The position numbers and the translations under genes were made by a program. Of a stretch of DNA of 64,000 nt, positions 25,095-40,934 are shown piece after piece (positions within the stretch are counted from its first letter, which is position 1; every line of letters begins with the position of its first letter). The notes below the pieces were generated by a model, which was not told the DNA's origin, did no database searches, and saw only the letters and a list, made by a program, of their open reading frames with translations. The stretch is taken from the NCBI RefSeq assembly GCF_009914755.1, contig NC_060927.1; one strand, 5' to 3'. This DNA comes from the human T2T-CHM13v2.0 reference genome, Homo sapiens.

Positions 25095-25650
25095 TTACAA
25101 ATTTTACTTCTGGGTGTATATCCAAAAAAATTGAAAAAAGTGACATAAAGAGATATTTTTATACTCACATTTATAGCAGCATTATTCACAATAGCTAAAA
25201 GGTAGTATTAATCCAAATGTCCATTGTTGGATAAATGGATAAACAACATGTGGTAAATATGTACAATGAAATATTATTCAGCCTTAAAATTAAGGAAATT
25301 TGGACACATGCTACAACATGGAAGAACTTTGAAAACATTATGCTAAGTGTAATAAACCAGACCAAAAAGGACAAATATTGTATGATTTCACTTATGTGAA
25401 GTACCTAGAATTGTCAAATTTGTAGAGATAGAAAGTAGAAAGGTAGTTTCCAGGGGTTCAGGAAAAGGAATCAGGAGTTATTGTTTAATGGGTAAAGTTT
25501 TAGTTTGGAAATATGACAAAGTTGTTCTAGAGATGGATGGTGGTGACTGCTGCACAACAGCATAAATGTACTTAGTGCTACTAAACTGTACACTTAAAAG
25601 GATTAAAATGGTAAATTTTATGTATTCTGTATCATCATATAAATTATTTA
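25095..25650 (+). mobile_element. L1MB 3' end fragment nested in the L1ME1
   Basis: 'acatgctacaacatggaagaactttgaaaacattatgctaagtg...gttctagagatggatggtggtg...aaaatggtaaattttatg'. Confidence 0.8.
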
Positions 25651-27213
25651 AAAACTAGAAAACATTTTAATAGCAAAAAATGAAAGAAAAGCATATTAGA
25701 TTTTGTGGATTGTGGCTAATCAGTGTTCAGCAGCACTTTTATAGATTTAAATGCTTGTGTTTAAAAGGTGAAACATCTCAAATCAAGATCTAAGCTTGCA
25801 CCATAGGAAGCTAGCAAAAACCAGCAAACTAATTAAGTAGAAGAAATGAATTAATAAAAATAAGAGCATAAATCCATAACAGGAAACTTTATGAAAAATT
25901 TTATGCCAATAAATTTGACACTTTAGATGAAATGGACAAATATCTTGAAAAACAACTCACCAAAATAGCCTCAAGAAGAAATAGAGCACTTAGATAACCC
26001 TATATCCATTAAAAACATTAAATTGGTAATTTAAAAATGTTCTGAGAAAGAAAACGATAGGACATGGTGGCTTCACTAGTGAAGTCTATCAAATATTTAA
26101 TGAAGAAAGTGTAACAATCTTACAAAAACTGTTTCAGAAAATAGAAGAGGGTTCACTTCCCAACAGATTTTACGAGGCCAGTATTACACTGATACCAAAA
26201 CCAGATTAAGATATTCCCAAAATTGAAAACTACAGACCAACAGCTCTCATGAATATAGATGAAAACATTCTTAATATTAGCAAATCAAATTCAACATTAT
26301 ATAAAAAGAATAGCTCATCACATACAAGAGGCTTTAATCTCAAGAATTGAAGATTTGCTTAATATTCAAATATCACTCAATGCAATTCATCATATTAATT
26401 GAATAAAGAAGAAAAATTCTTTGGCCATCTTGATAGCAGTAGAAAAAAATTCTTAAAAATTAACACTTATTCATGATAAAAATTTCAGGTAACTAGCATT
26501 TAAAAATACCTTCCCAGCTTGATAAAGGCTTCTATAAAAGATTCACAGTAAACATAATACTTAGTAAAAGACTAAATTTGTTATACCAAAAATATGGAAT
26601 AATGAAGAATGTCTGCTTTCACCATTTCAATTCAGTATTGTTCTAGAGGTCTAAATCAGTCCAATAAGGGAAGAAAAATAATAAGATTGTACAAAAGGAG
26701 AAAAACTATCTCTATTTGCAGATGATATTGTCATATATGTAGAAAATCCTAAGGAATATATTTAAAAAGCTATTAGTGCCTTCACAAGGCATGAAGGCAA
26801 TATACAAAAAAAGGACTGCATTTCTAAGAACAGTAATGAACAACTGGAAAATGGAATTAAAAATACAATTGCATTGACAATGGAACCTGAAATAAGTATA
26901 GCCCTTAGAAATAAATTTAACAAAGATATGTGAGACCTGTATAGTAATTATTACAAAACAGTGCTGAGATAAATTAAAGAAGACCTAAATAAGTGAAGAA
27001 AGATGCCATGTTTGCTGTCTGAAGTCTCCATATTGTTAACATGTCCATTCTCCAATGAACATATAAATCCAATGCAATTCCCACAAAAATCCACATATGG
27101 AAATACAAGATATCTGGAATTGCCAAAATAATTGTGAGAAGGAAGAAAGTTGAAGGGCTTACAGTAACTGACCTGAATCTACAGTGAACAAAACAATGTG
27201 GTTTTGTTTAAAA

Positions 27214-27661
27214 CAGTATTCCCCAACCTTTTTGACCCAAGGAACCAGTTTCAAGGAAGACAATTTTTCCACAGATGGGTTGGGATGGGGTGGGACTCAA
27301 GCATATTGCATTTATTGTGCACTTTATTTCTATAATTATTACATACTCACCATAATATAGAATCAGTGGGAGTCCTGAGCTTGTGTTCCTGCAACTAGTC
27401 GGTCCCATCTAGCAGTGATGGGAGACAGTGGCAGATCATCACGCATTAGATTCTCATAAAGAGCATGCAGTCTAGATCCCTCTCATGCACAGTTCACAAT
27501 AGGGTCCATGATCCTATGAGAATCTAATGCCACCACCCATCTGACAGGAGGCAGAGCTCAGCTTCGCTCACTCTCCTGTCACTCACCTCCTACTGTGTGG
27601 CCTGGTTTCTAACAGGCCACAGACCAAAACTAGTCTGTAGGCCATGGGTTGGGGACCCCTG
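27214..27661 (+). mobile_element. MER1A (hAT-Charlie)
   Basis: TIRs cagtattccccaacc / ggttggggacccctg; perfect 8-bp TSD gtttaaaa at 27206-27213 and 27662-27669. Confidence 0.9.
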
Positions 27662-27805
27662 GTTTAAAAGATAGACAAAGAAATCAGAGGAATAGAATAG
27701 AATCCAGAAATAGATCCATACATGGTCAACTGATTTTCAACCAAGATGCCACATTAGTTCAATGGGAAAAGGAGTCTTTGTAACATACAGCCTTGGTACA
27801 TTTGA

Positions 27806-28278
27806 TACAATAGACAAAATAATTCCTCCACCCCCACCCCAAAGATGTCCAGATTCTAATCCTCAGAACCTGTGAATGTGTTTGGATACATGGCAAAGAG
27901 GAATTAAGTTTGCAAATCCAATTGTTAACTTTAAAATAGGAAGATAAACTGGGTTATCCAGGTGGGCCCACTGTAATCACAAGTGTTTTTGAGAGGAGAG
28001 AGGCAGAAAAGAACCAGAGAGATGGTAGAGGAGAATAACTGGTCCAATGTTGCAGGCTTTAAAGATGGGGAAAGAGGCCATGAGTTACAGAATATGAGTT
28101 GCCTCGGGAAGATAGAAAGGGCAAATATATGAATTCCTCCCTAGGTCTCCAGAAAGAGATGTAGCCTTGCTGACAACTTGGACTTCTAACTTATAGAATT
28201 GCACAATAATATATTTGTGTTGTTTTAAAACTGTAAGTTTGTGTTAATTTTCTATAGCTGCCATAGAAAAGTAATATA
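27806..28278 (+). mobile_element. MLT1D-like MaLR solo LTR
   Basis: 'cccaaagatgtccagattctaatcctcagaacctgtgaatg...gccatagaaaagtaatata'. Confidence 0.85.
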
Positions 28279-29719
28279 ATTAAGTATCTCTCTGGGGTGA
28301 AATACAGAAGCATCTCAACCCTGATATTTATATAATTTACAAATTAAATGGAAATAAATTGTAAACCTAAATGTAAAACCTAAAACCATAAAACATCTGT
28401 ATAAAACCAGGAAAAAAACCCATTGTGTTCTTGGTATAACCAAGGATTTCTTAAGTATGATACAAAAAGCATTAACCAGAAAAGAAAAAAAATTATAAAT
28501 TGGACTTTATCAAAGTTAAAAACCATTTATTTTTGAAAGACTCTTAAGAAAAAGGTAATTGACAGATCAGTAAAAAATATTTGCAAAACCATATATCTGA
28601 CTAAGAACTTGTATCCAGAATTTGTGAAAAACTTTTACAACTCAATAAGAAAACATGTAACAATTAAGAATGTGCAAAAATTTGAACAGACACTTCACTG
28701 AGGAAGATACATGATGGCAAATAAGCATATTGTATGTGTCCCATCCTGCTGGTCATCAGCAAAATGAAAATCAAATTCACAAACAAGCACTGGATATCCA
28801 CTAAAATGGCTGAAATTAAAAAGACTCACTATACTAAGTGTTGGCAAGTATGTAAAGCCAATGGAAGTCTCATTCATTGCTGATAGAAATGAGAAAATGT
28901 TATAGCCACTTTGGAAGACAGATTGGCAGTTTTTTATAAAGTTAAACTTGTACTTGTTTTTATGACTCATCATGGGTTCCTTTCCTGGTTTATTATCTAC
29001 CCAAGGAAAATGAACATGCATGGGATTAACTGCGGGGGATTAACTGCTCAACTGATACTGTCTACCTTAGATTTGTAATGCTGCAGTGAATATTCAAAGT
29101 GGCATTATTTGTAAAATCCAAAAATTAGAATAAGCCAAAGTTTTCATCAGCTGATGAATGGATAAGGAAAATGTGGTATATCCAAACAATAAAACACTAT
29201 TAAACAGCAAAAAGGAGCAAACCACTTAAACATGCACCAACATAGATGACTCTCAATAGATACTTCATTGTTATACTGAGCAATAGAACATAAATCCAAA
29301 AGATTGTGTATTATATGTTTCCATTCATATGAAATTCTAGAAAAGGGAAAACTATAGTGACAGGAAGCATATTGGTGGTTGTCCAGGAGAGATGAGGGAA
29401 TTTACTGCAAAGCGGCAAGAGAAAACTGAGATGAGAGAAACGTCTGTCTTATGTGGTGGTAGTTACAAGGCTGTATACTTTGGGCAAAACACATCAAGCT
29501 GTGCACTTAAAATAGAATTTGCATTTATTTTATGAAAATTATACTTTAATGAATATCTTAAACCATTAAAATATAATGTCCCTATAGCATTTGTCATGCT
29601 TATGCTAACAGTAATTAACATTAATAATGAATAACATTTACTGAGTTCCTACTAGTGGATTTGTACTTACTGAACTTACATTTTTAAATTATGAAACTCT
29701 GTGAATCTCAGTTGCTTTA

Positions 29720-30070
<351 letters not shown>

Positions 30071-31019
30071 TCAACTAGTATGGCACAGGAACCAATTAAC
30101 TGAAACGCACATTGGCCAGTTAGAAAGGTCTTGGTGTAAATAGCTGGTATAGGTGAATAGGTACACAATTTCACATCATTCCTAGAAATAATAACAATCA
30201 TGTCTACCTCAATATTGCCATAGAATTAAATGAAAGGAGGCATGTGACATGCTTAGCACAGTGCTTGACACATAACTATCCCTGAATACAAGGAAGTTGT
30301 TACCCTGCATGAAATCTGAGCTTTCTCCATGGGAAAATCATGATAGTAGCAGTCAAATGTTGTTTCTACCTGTTCAACATAATCTTCCCCTTTCTTCACG
30401 TAAGAAAACATTTTATTTTTCCTTTGGGTAACTGCCGTGGTGTCCTATTAAGCAGTTAATCCCGTGGGGGCACTCAGGGAGAGCCCCTCAGGTTCTTTGA
30501 TTTTGTTACTATAATTCATAACTAATTTTATATTCTGTCTCTGATATTCCTATATTAAATAATTAGGTGTCTAAATCTGATTGTTTGCTTGCTTTTGCTG
30601 ACTCTCTCACCCATGGTGGTTTGTGGGCTCCTACTGGTTGACCTTAATGCATTGGAAACCTAGGGGGTTACACCGAGGATAATTTCCACCATGGGGGATT
30701 TGCTTTTGCATTTGCTAAGGGCCAGGGGATATTAGCCTGGGACAACTTTAAACCCTTCGGGGGCCACAGGCTAAATCTAGGAATCTCAGGTTCTGCTCAT
30801 CTAATCATCTTTGATAGTCATGTTCTCCTGAAATCTAGACATAGACAATATTCAAGCGTATGCATACATAACCTCTGACAGTGTATCAGATGTCTCTTAT
30901 ACAGCACTTTATATAACCTCTTTGTGCCATCTCTCACTCTAGCCACTGATGCAATGATGGCCTCTTCCAAGTTTTGACCAGCTTTGTGCTGGTACAACCT
31001 TATGTGTTCTTTGACCTCT

Positions 31020-31355
31020 AGGCTGCAGTGATTAGGTAAGAAAGGGCCCTCAATCCAAGTCAGGCCAATTAGAATTTTATCTGAGATTTGGTAGCTCATC
31101 AATAAAGGTGCATATTTGAGGTTACTTGTTGCTATCTTCTGAGCCTTCTGGAAACATGAGCCTGAGAATGAAGCCCACATACTATCAGAAGAAATAAAAG
31201 CTAAGTGAGGCAGAGTGCTAGGGACATTGTTTATGCTTCTGAGTCAGATGAACTTGTGACCTTCTAGTTTTATGAGTGAATAAAATATCTCCTCCCACCC
31301 CTTTTATCTAAACTAGTTTGATTTGGGTTTCCACCATTTGTAACCAAAAGAATTC
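31020..31355 (+). mobile_element. Old MLT1 (K/L-like) LTR fragment
   Basis: 'caggccaattagaat...ctagtttgatttgggtttccaccatttgtaaccaaaag'. Confidence 0.5.
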
Positions 31356-31744
31356 ACTGTTTCAGACATTGCTTTCACCAAGAATCTTTCTTCATGCACA
31401 CAATTGTATTTATCTCTTATGGCTTGTATTTTCTTATGCATTTGAAACATTAGTTCTCATGATTCATTAATAATAGTAAATTTTGAATATTGTGTGATAA
31501 ACCGATTGAAAAGAAAATGTTCTTAGGCCATTGTATACAAGGCTATCTGATATTTCTGACATTTTGGCTCTTTGAGGCAGTTTGCATTTGAACTGGTGAT
31601 AGGCAATGCATGTATCTTTGGTCAGTCCTTTGAAACAAATCATGACAACTTTTGGAGAGTTTTAAATATCTATTCAGACTTAGCCACAGCATGTTGATAG
31701 TTCTTTATCTGAAGGTAAAATAAAAACTTTTATGTTTCTTATTA

Positions 31745-31878
31745 TTTTTAAAAATTTTATTTATTTTGGATTCAGGGGTACATGTGCAGTGTTACATGTA
31801 TATATTGTTTAATGGTGAGGTTTGGACTTCTAGTGTACCCATCACCCCAAAAGTGACCATTGTACTCAATAGATAGTT
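31745..31878 (-). mobile_element. Short L1PB-type 3' end
   Basis: T-rich tail then 'ttcagggggtacatgtgcag...tagtgtacccatcaccc'. Confidence 0.75.
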
Positions 31879-31994
31879 CCAAATATAGCATAGCTGGCAC
31901 TCATGATACTTACAACATTTCATTTGTGGATTATTTTAAAATTCGTATTCATGAACATCCTGATAATCCTCCCTCTCCCTCTAGAAAGCTTTGG

Positions 31995-32216
31995 CTTTTG
32001 AATCTTGGTTCCGCTACTTCCTGGCAGTAAGACCCTGAGCAAGTTTCCAGATAACTCTGGGTAGGTTCCTTGTCTCAAAAATAAAGGTGATGATTGTACC
32101 TATTTTGCAAAAGGTTGTAAGGATTAAATGAATAAATGAAGTAATGTGTTCAAAAGGCTTAGAACAGTGTCTGAAACCTAGCTAATTCTAGAGAAGGCTT
32201 TGCTGTTGTTATTATT
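31995..32216 (+). mobile_element. MIR SINE
   Basis: 'gaccctgagcaagtt...gtaaggattaaatga...cttagaacagtgtctg'. Confidence 0.75.
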
Positions 32217-34592
32217 AAAATCCATTTTTCTTCTTGAAGCTGTGTTTTGATAGGCTGAGGAAGGGTTTGTAAGACATAGGTATAAAAATTTTTAACAGCC
32301 ATTGTCATTAATGACTAGATTAAGAAATTAATTAAATGAAATAGATAAGAAATTTTACTTATATGTATAACAAAGTTATTCATTTCAAATGCATTTTCCA
32401 TACCAAGTGTTTTGCCTAGAGTAGGGACTCAATATTGGTCAAATGAAATTGACTCCCAGTAGTTTACAATCAAAGCATACACAATAACTTTGTTTCCTTT
32501 ATGACAGTGGCAAGTTCACATTGTCATAGGTGACTTGCTTAGCTAGTTGTAGTTATATCATCTGTGAGAAAAACCTTAACAACAATAACGATAAAAAAAC
32601 ATTTTAGCCATAAAATGAAAGCCTTTCTACAATGGATTGTGGCTTTCTCCACCATCTTAAGTTGCAGTTTGAACAGAATTTCATGTTCTGTATAAGATGC
32701 CTAGGGGTTATCCTTTTTACTGTTATCGAACCATGTGGAAAACAGAGGTATCTTGAGGTACCTTTGCTGATTCAAGAGGAGTATGCTTTTTGAATACTTG
32801 CATACAATGCTATGTTATTTTTCTATACTTTGCCTCAGTATTAGACAGCACTTCTTTCAGGAAGCGTGCCTTAAGAGCTTTCTTTCTATTTATAATTTAT
32901 TTGTTAATAATATTCACAGGAAAATGAAATAGGTAACATTGTTAAAAGTATGTCTAAGATAAAAGTAAATAAGTCATTAGTGAGTACACTTTCCTAAGAC
33001 TTAAATACCTTAGCTGGTGATGTTTACACATGTCGGTGCCTCAGGACTCTGTTTGGGGTCTTATTTAACCCAATCTCTCATCCCAGTTGAATTCCACATA
33101 TGAATTTGCTTGAAAAAGTTCCCCATGTGAATGAATGATCATTATAAAGTGCTCTGGTAATTCCATAAGCTCAACTGGTGGTCTTTATTCAATGTTAGTT
33201 TTTCTAATGGGTGATTTAGGTAATATGACTTTTCTTTGGTTATGTAACATATTATTAGGAAAACATTAGGATTTAAGGGTAAAACTTCCTAAATAATATT
33301 CTCAATATACCACTTGCATAAGTAGTGGATTTTTCAATAGTATAAAAATTAAATTTTTGATCAGAATTGTCTAAGTGTTATGGTCTTTGCTAAATATCTG
33401 ATAGATGCCTAAATTTGCATTTACATCTTGCTAAATGTGTAAAATAGTACATACATAGTGACTTAAAGCCAAGTCAGGATTTGGCATAAAAGCTTTACTA
33501 GGCCCTTCTGTAAGAGGTGATAAGAGACACTGAGAAAAAAAAAAATTGAATACATCGCTTGTAGTCAACTATACACTCAGAAATTGAATCTCCCTTACAA
33601 TGAAGTACAGTAAGTCATGATTTAAAATAACAAATTAGGAAGTTCAGTGTCACTAACAACATACAGACATGATACAGAGCTTCCTAATTTCTTTCTCAAT
33701 ATTTGGGTTCTAGGCAACAGCTGTGGGGGTTATAGTGGCATTTCCCTAAATGCTAGTATGATTTCAGAAGAGACTTCCACAATATGGAGAAGTCACAATT
33801 TTCATCATTAGTTTAAACTAAGGCACCTTATCTCACTTCCTCTAAGTCACATAATTCTCATTTTATGTTAATAGAAGTTAAACCTAATTATCAAGGGGAG
33901 AGTAGATTTCTAAGTTATAGTTTCTTCTTGAAGAGTTATGAGTGTAACCTCCATTAACACTAGGCCATGTTAAAAAGGCAACTCTTTGAATGTTGGGATA
34001 AAAATACATCCCTCTAGTGGAGGGTTATATTTTATCTGTAACTGAGTAATTTGGACTCAAGTGACCTACATTGAGAAATAGGTTTAATAGTGAAAAGACT
34101 GTGGATTGATGGATCCCTGCCAGGCAGGAACTGAAAGTTCAGAGCATTAGCAGTAGCTGACAGAATATAGGACATGATGTTATTCCCAAAATTATCAGGA
34201 AGAGAAAATATAATAGAGAGGAAAAAATAGTGTGAAACGATTTCTACTCCCACCTCCCCGGATGTTCAAGCTAATGTTTCCTTAGATGAAGTTTTTGCAT
34301 CAGATTTCACTTTTCAAAAAGTTCAGCCTTTTACAGACTCTCTCCCAGTGAGAAATAAACCGAAAGCTTTTGTTTATTTTTGTAGTGATCACTGTGTCCT
34401 CACTATATAATTCTCTGAAGCCCACTTGTTGGTATTCTAAGAAAATTTGCTGCCTCATATGAGATAAAACTAGCATACATGGTAATCTTCCAATATAAAG
34501 TTAAGAATGTGTCCTAGTCATCTTGCAAGCTAAGTGTCTCTAATAGCATTGCTTCTCCATGGAAACACTACTTTTGGGAGTAGGCTATCTTG

Positions 34593-34697
34593 GTTCTCTT
34601 CCTCTCTCCCTCCCTCCTCCTCCCCTCAACCTGCCTTTTTCCCCCTCTCCTTCCTCCTTTTCTTCCTTTTCTTCTGCCTCCCCCCCTTCTTCCTCCC
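34593..34697. repeat. CT-rich polypyrimidine low-complexity tract
   Basis: Direct reading. Confidence 0.85.
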
Positions 34698-35977
34698 ACG
34701 TTAGTTCCCGTAACATTGCTGAAAAAAAATCTGTCCCAGATTTTAAGCACTTTGAAATTCTTATGTTAGGAAATGTATCCTGAATTTAATCTGATTATTA
34801 AAAAAGAACTGCAGATTTAATTTCTTATAATAACTTGCTACTATGTTATTGACTTTATATCTTCAGGATGTAGCTAAAGTCATCTAAAGTAGGTGGTATA
34901 GATGAAAAGAATAAAAAAACCAAAACCAAAACCAAACCAAACCCAAGCCATGTCTCTTCAATACATAATACAGACTAGAAACTGTTTCAGAAATTTAGAA
35001 ACTACATCACTGATTTGTTTTTCTGTACTAGATGCTAAAAGGAATTTAGATGTGCTTGTGGTGCATCATTCTATTTTTAAAGGTGATTTCATGATGGGCA
35101 ATCGTCGAGCCACAAATGTTCCTCTGAAAGATGCAGAATCCTGAGTTGGATAAACTTGGCTTCTGAGTAAGTGTGGCCTTGTTCTTTGAACACAGTACTT
35201 GCATCTGTAAGATCCCTGCCTGCATGATCTAATTATTTCTGGGCTTGGGGTCTATAAACCAGACATTCTGACACTTGGTTGCTGCTTTTCTCAGCATTTG
35301 GTTTTCTTTTAAGGTTGTAAATTGATCCCCCACGTAAGACAGTCTTAGGCAATACATGACTTCTTATTAAATAATGACTAATATCATTAAGACAATAAAA
35401 TATTTCCATAAACAAATAATTAAACCCTTATAAGACCTAGGTCCAAATTGAAGTCCCATTCTCTCAGCCCTTTCAGGTTTTGGGACTGATTTTTTATTTA
35501 AATCAGTGACGACTGCAGGCTTAAGCATGTACTATAGGTCCATTAAACGTTGCTTCAAAGAGAGAGGGAAAGAAATGGCCTCTAATGATCCCCAACTTTC
35601 TGGCAATCATACCCTGTCAGTGAAAGGAATAAAAAAGTACTGAAAAGTGAATAGAAAATGTGAAGCTTTTAACAGTCTTCTATTTACTGGAGGACTGGCC
35701 GTTACCGTCACTCAACCATTAACCCCCGTATGCCTTGGCCTGGGAACATCTCATTTCAAATCTCTCTGCTTTAAAATCTATACATACCGATAATGAGTTC
35801 CAAGACAAACTGTAAAGTGCAAAGCATCAAGGAGGGGAGCAGGTAAACATACATGCAAATACACATGCATGTACAATATATATACAAAACAAATGGAGCA
35901 TCTCTGGAAGCATACGTAACACACTGGCAATGATGACACTGCCTTTAAAATGGAACAGCGAAAGAAGATAAACTTAA

Positions 35978-36298
<321 letters not shown>

Positions 36299-36799
36299 TT
36301 ACCTATTTAAATTTTAAAAAGATTAAAAGTACCTACTCCTGTGTAACTATTCATAATTCTAAGCTGGTATTTAAAGTTGATCTTCTCAATTAGGTATTTC
36401 CTAATTGTGCATCAAGTTTGAAAGAAGATGCATACTCTACTACGTTGGCCAGAATCTCTGATACACATGTTGGTTAAATAATTTATTTATAATGCAACAG
36501 ATGGAAAATGACCAGACTATGCTGGTGATTAGGGTCTAAGTCTTTTTTATTGTAGGGTCATGGATACTCTGTTATGAAAGAGGTGAATCAATGGGACACA
36601 TTTTTATATACCCAACCCCTGGGTTTGTGCACATATGTGTCTTTGTGGAATATTATGGAATGTCTGAACATATTACATAATGTGTAGGAATACTACAATG
36701 TGTCTGAACCACATGTTGCAATTAATGCTCTAGAGTTAAATAAAAATTTTGAATGGATTAGAAAATAGGCAGTCTCTATCAGATAGGTATGGTTGAGTA

Positions 36800-37270
36800 A
36801 AAATTCACTCAAAATATGTTGACTTAAAATAACAATTGTGTATTTGGCTTATGATTCTGCTGGGCAGTACTAGTGTGTCTTCCTTGTGTGTCTTTGGTCA
36901 GCTGTGAGTGACCACAGTAGAGCTGTAGGCTGGCTTTGGTGGCTTTGCTAATCAATGTGGGTCTGGCAGGTGTCTGGGACCTCAACTGGCATAAGTAGGC
37001 TGACTGGCCTCTGACCCACATTGTATCTCTTCCTCCGGCAGGCTAGCCCAAAGTTATGCTCATGACTGAGGCAGAGTCCCCAGAGACCAAGTGAGAGCCC
37101 ACATGGCTTCTGGAGGCCTAAATCTGGAATAGGCACTCAGCCCCTTTTGCTGAGTTCAGTTGGCCAAGCATTCCATAGCCAGCAATCATCCAGTGGCCTA
37201 AGAAATACACCTCACCTCTTGATGGAGGGCCATCAAAGCCATATTGCCAGGGGAGTGGAAAGGGAACCAC
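36800..37270 (-). mobile_element. Old MLT1 LTR
   Basis: 'gacttaaaataacaa...ggcttatgattctg...ggccaagcattccatagcc...cacctcttgatggagg'. Confidence 0.6.
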
Positions 37271-38419
37271 AGTGTCCACATGGTCTTGAGCTTTGGGAAA
37301 AGGATGCTGAGTGAGGTGGATACTACATATTTTTAAAATTTTTAAAAATTTTCCACACAGTTTGAAAAAGTGTAATTAATTTTAAACTTTGCTTTGGTAC
37401 TGTGTCATAATTTTATATCTTTTATTTATTTTCACATTCTTCTACCACAATAATAATAGCTGTTACTTACTGAGCACTCACAACATGCTGGATACTATGC
37501 TGCCCAGGAGGTGTTTTAGATACATTTACATTTTGCCATTACAATGTAAGGTAGATATTCCGATTTTTCAGAAGAGTAAACTAAAAATTTTATGAATTCA
37601 ATTATGAGCGCACTACATTGGGGTCAGGGATGGGGACTGAGCGAAAGCAAAAGGGAAAATAATTTAAATAATAAGGGCAGTCCAACCAGCCACTCTACCC
37701 AGTAAGTGTACGTCCTACAGGAACTCTGAGTTGGACTCCATGACTTTGCTGTTACCTCAGTTAATTACAGCTCCCAGGTGCTTCTGAGGCTGGTGTGATT
37801 CTGATATTTTTGTTTCCTTTTATTAATATAATTGTAAATACCAGCTAGTTCCTTTATCTCATCTTCAATCAGAGAAAAAGTGATCAAATTAGTGTTAAAG
37901 CAAAAACCATCTATCTTGTACAGACTATGAGTTGTAGTTCAGTCTCTGGTGTACCACATCACTGGGGAATTTTCAAGGATAATTTTGACGCTATGTATTT
38001 TTCCTTTTAAGAGCTAAGGAAACTTCAGTAGGATACAAATTCAGTTAACTATGTTGTATTTTCTGGAAGGGGGATTTTAATGTTTGTGTAATAAAATGCC
38101 TTTCTAAAGTGGGGTATAAAATATTTATTTTGCAATCTTCAGGTGTACTAATCTGGTTAAACACATCAGAAAAATAAGTGACGTTACTATGACGGTGTCT
38201 ACTGCAATGCCATTTTGTGGAAGAACTAGACTCCGCATTATGTTTTATGAATGAATCACTAGTTAATTAAAAAATGTTCTGCAGGGAAGATGATAGTTTT
38301 GTTATTAAGAATTCTTTGCTGTTGATTATTATAAAGTTAATGTGGAAAACAGTATATAAATTGAAGTGAGCAAACAAAATTATCTTATCCGAAGCATTCT
38401 GCTTTTATTTTTTATGGTT

Positions 38420-39420
38420 TAAATTTTATTAAAATATAATTTACATGGAGAAATGTGCACATGAAAGTGGACCATTCAATATGTTTTCACAAACTGAATA
38501 CAACTGTGTGACTAGCACTCACAAACAAGCATCTTAGAAGCCCACTCCTGCTCCCTTCCAGACACAAATCTCCCTACTCCCCAGAGTAACCACTATTTGG
38601 GCTTTTTAATTGTATAGATTAATTTTGCCTGTATTGTATTTCATAGAATAGAATCCTATATAGTATGTACTTCCTGCGTGTGTCTGAGGTCTTTCATTTA
38701 GCATTAAGTTTCAAAGATTGGTCCACCAGACTACATGTCATTGCAGATGGTTCATTTGCATTGCTGATGAGTGAATATACCACCATTCATCCACTAAACT
38801 GGGATGAGCATTTGGGTAGTTCCTAGTATGGGGCTGTATTGGGCCATTTTTGCATTGCTATAAACAGATACCTGAGACTGGGTAATTTATAAAGAAAAGA
38901 GTTTTAATTGACTTGTGGTTCTGCAGGCTTTACAAGAGGCATGGTGCTGGCATCTGCTTGGCTTCTAGGGAGGCCTCAGGAAGCTTACAATCATGGTGGA
39001 AGACAAAGGGGGAGCAGGCAATCTCACATAGCCGAGCAGGAGCAAGGGAAAGAGAGAGTGTATGTGTGGAGGGATGCCACACACTTTTAAATGACCATAT
39101 CTCCTGTGAACTCAGAGCAGGAGCTCATTTATCACCAAGGGAATAGTCCAAGCCATTCATGAGGGATTCACCCTCATGATCCAAACACCTGCCACTATGC
39201 CTCACCTCCAACACTGGGGATTACATTTCATAAATACTTTAATATATCTTTTTATGAACACATATCATATTTCTGTTGTGAATTTATCTAAGAATGGACT
39301 TTTGGTTTATGGAGTGTGCATGTTTACATCTTTGGTGAGAAACATCACTTCTCAAAAGTGGTTGCCAATTCACTGCCATTAGAAGTATTTGAGAGCTCCT
39401 AGTACTTGGTATTTTTCTTC
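38420..39420 (-). mobile_element. L1ME-type fragment interrupted by an MST LTR
   Basis: Reverse L1 3' motifs on both sides of 38835-39230. Confidence 0.65.
38835..39230 (-). mobile_element. MSTB/MSTA MaLR LTR (one end truncated)
   Basis: 'tgtatt.ggcc...attgctataaa.agatacctgagactgggtaatttataaagaaaagag...cacctccaacactggggattacatttca'. Confidence 0.88.
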
Positions 39421-40412
39421 TTTTTTATCTTAGCTAGTATGGTTTCCTCTTACCTAAAACATTGTAATTATTGAAGTTTCCTGTACTAAATATATATAAT
39501 CTCAATGTTTCAGGTTAACAACTCTAAGAAGACAATTATTAAAAGACACCTCTGATGATTCCAGGGAAGATATTACTCTTAAAACTATCACAGTAAACTC
39601 ACCTTCATGAAAATATGACACAGAATAATTGAAATTTAAGTTAAAAGTGATGGTAGCTGGTTTGTATGTATCTTTTGGTCTTCTTTATCTTTTAAAACCA
39701 TTAGTAATGACGAATGTGTACTGTACACTCATTTAAAAAGACTCATTTAAAAAGACTCAATGCAAGACAATCTTTTTTTTTCCCTCATTTTGTCCAGTGA
39801 CTTTAGTTTTCTTTCCTAACTATGACCAAGGTCTCAAGTTAGAAAACAGTATTTTCAAAGCAGTCTTGTGCATTACAATCCTGTGACACAATTCTATGCA
39901 GAAGAAATGCCTGTGGTTTTATTATCTTAGCATATGCCTCAAAGAAGATGCCCATCTGTACATGCAAGTTTCCCTTTTGCATCTGAAAAGATAAAATGTC
40001 TCTCAAAATAGTAACTCTCTCAAGGGCATGTAATTTTTGGAGAATTGAAGGTTTCATCAGTATTTTGTTTGGGAGCTATGACTTATAAAGTCAGTAATAG
40101 AATTCTTGTGAATTGCTTAACTAAATTAGGAATCTAAAAGTTAAAATTACAGAAACTATAGGAAGGCTCTCCTCAAAGTCAATAGTGGTATGACTTTAAA
40201 GTTACCGTTTCTCAGTTGTAAGTATTGTGTTGCAATACAAAAGGCTTTATCAATCAAGGATATAGTCATTTTCAGATAATATCAACTGTTTTGACTTTAT
40301 TGTGTGAGTTACTTTAACATTAATGCACAGATTAACTACTACTTGTTTCAGTTATTCATTTAAAATAAGTCTTATGAAAAGAGACTTTATATGCAGGTCA
40401 TGACCATTCTGA

Positions 40413-40751
<339 letters not shown>

Positions 40752-40934
40752 TGTGTAATCTTATGGGTGAATAGCGACTGATATGAACAGAATATCTTTG
40801 AAATTTGTAAGCCAAACTTGCAACTTTGAGGGAGATAAAGAAACAATTTACCAAACAATATGGAAAACACTGAAATCCCCAAAGAAAGGGAAAATTAAAT
40901 GTAGCTTTTACTAGGAATTTACCTTATTAACATC

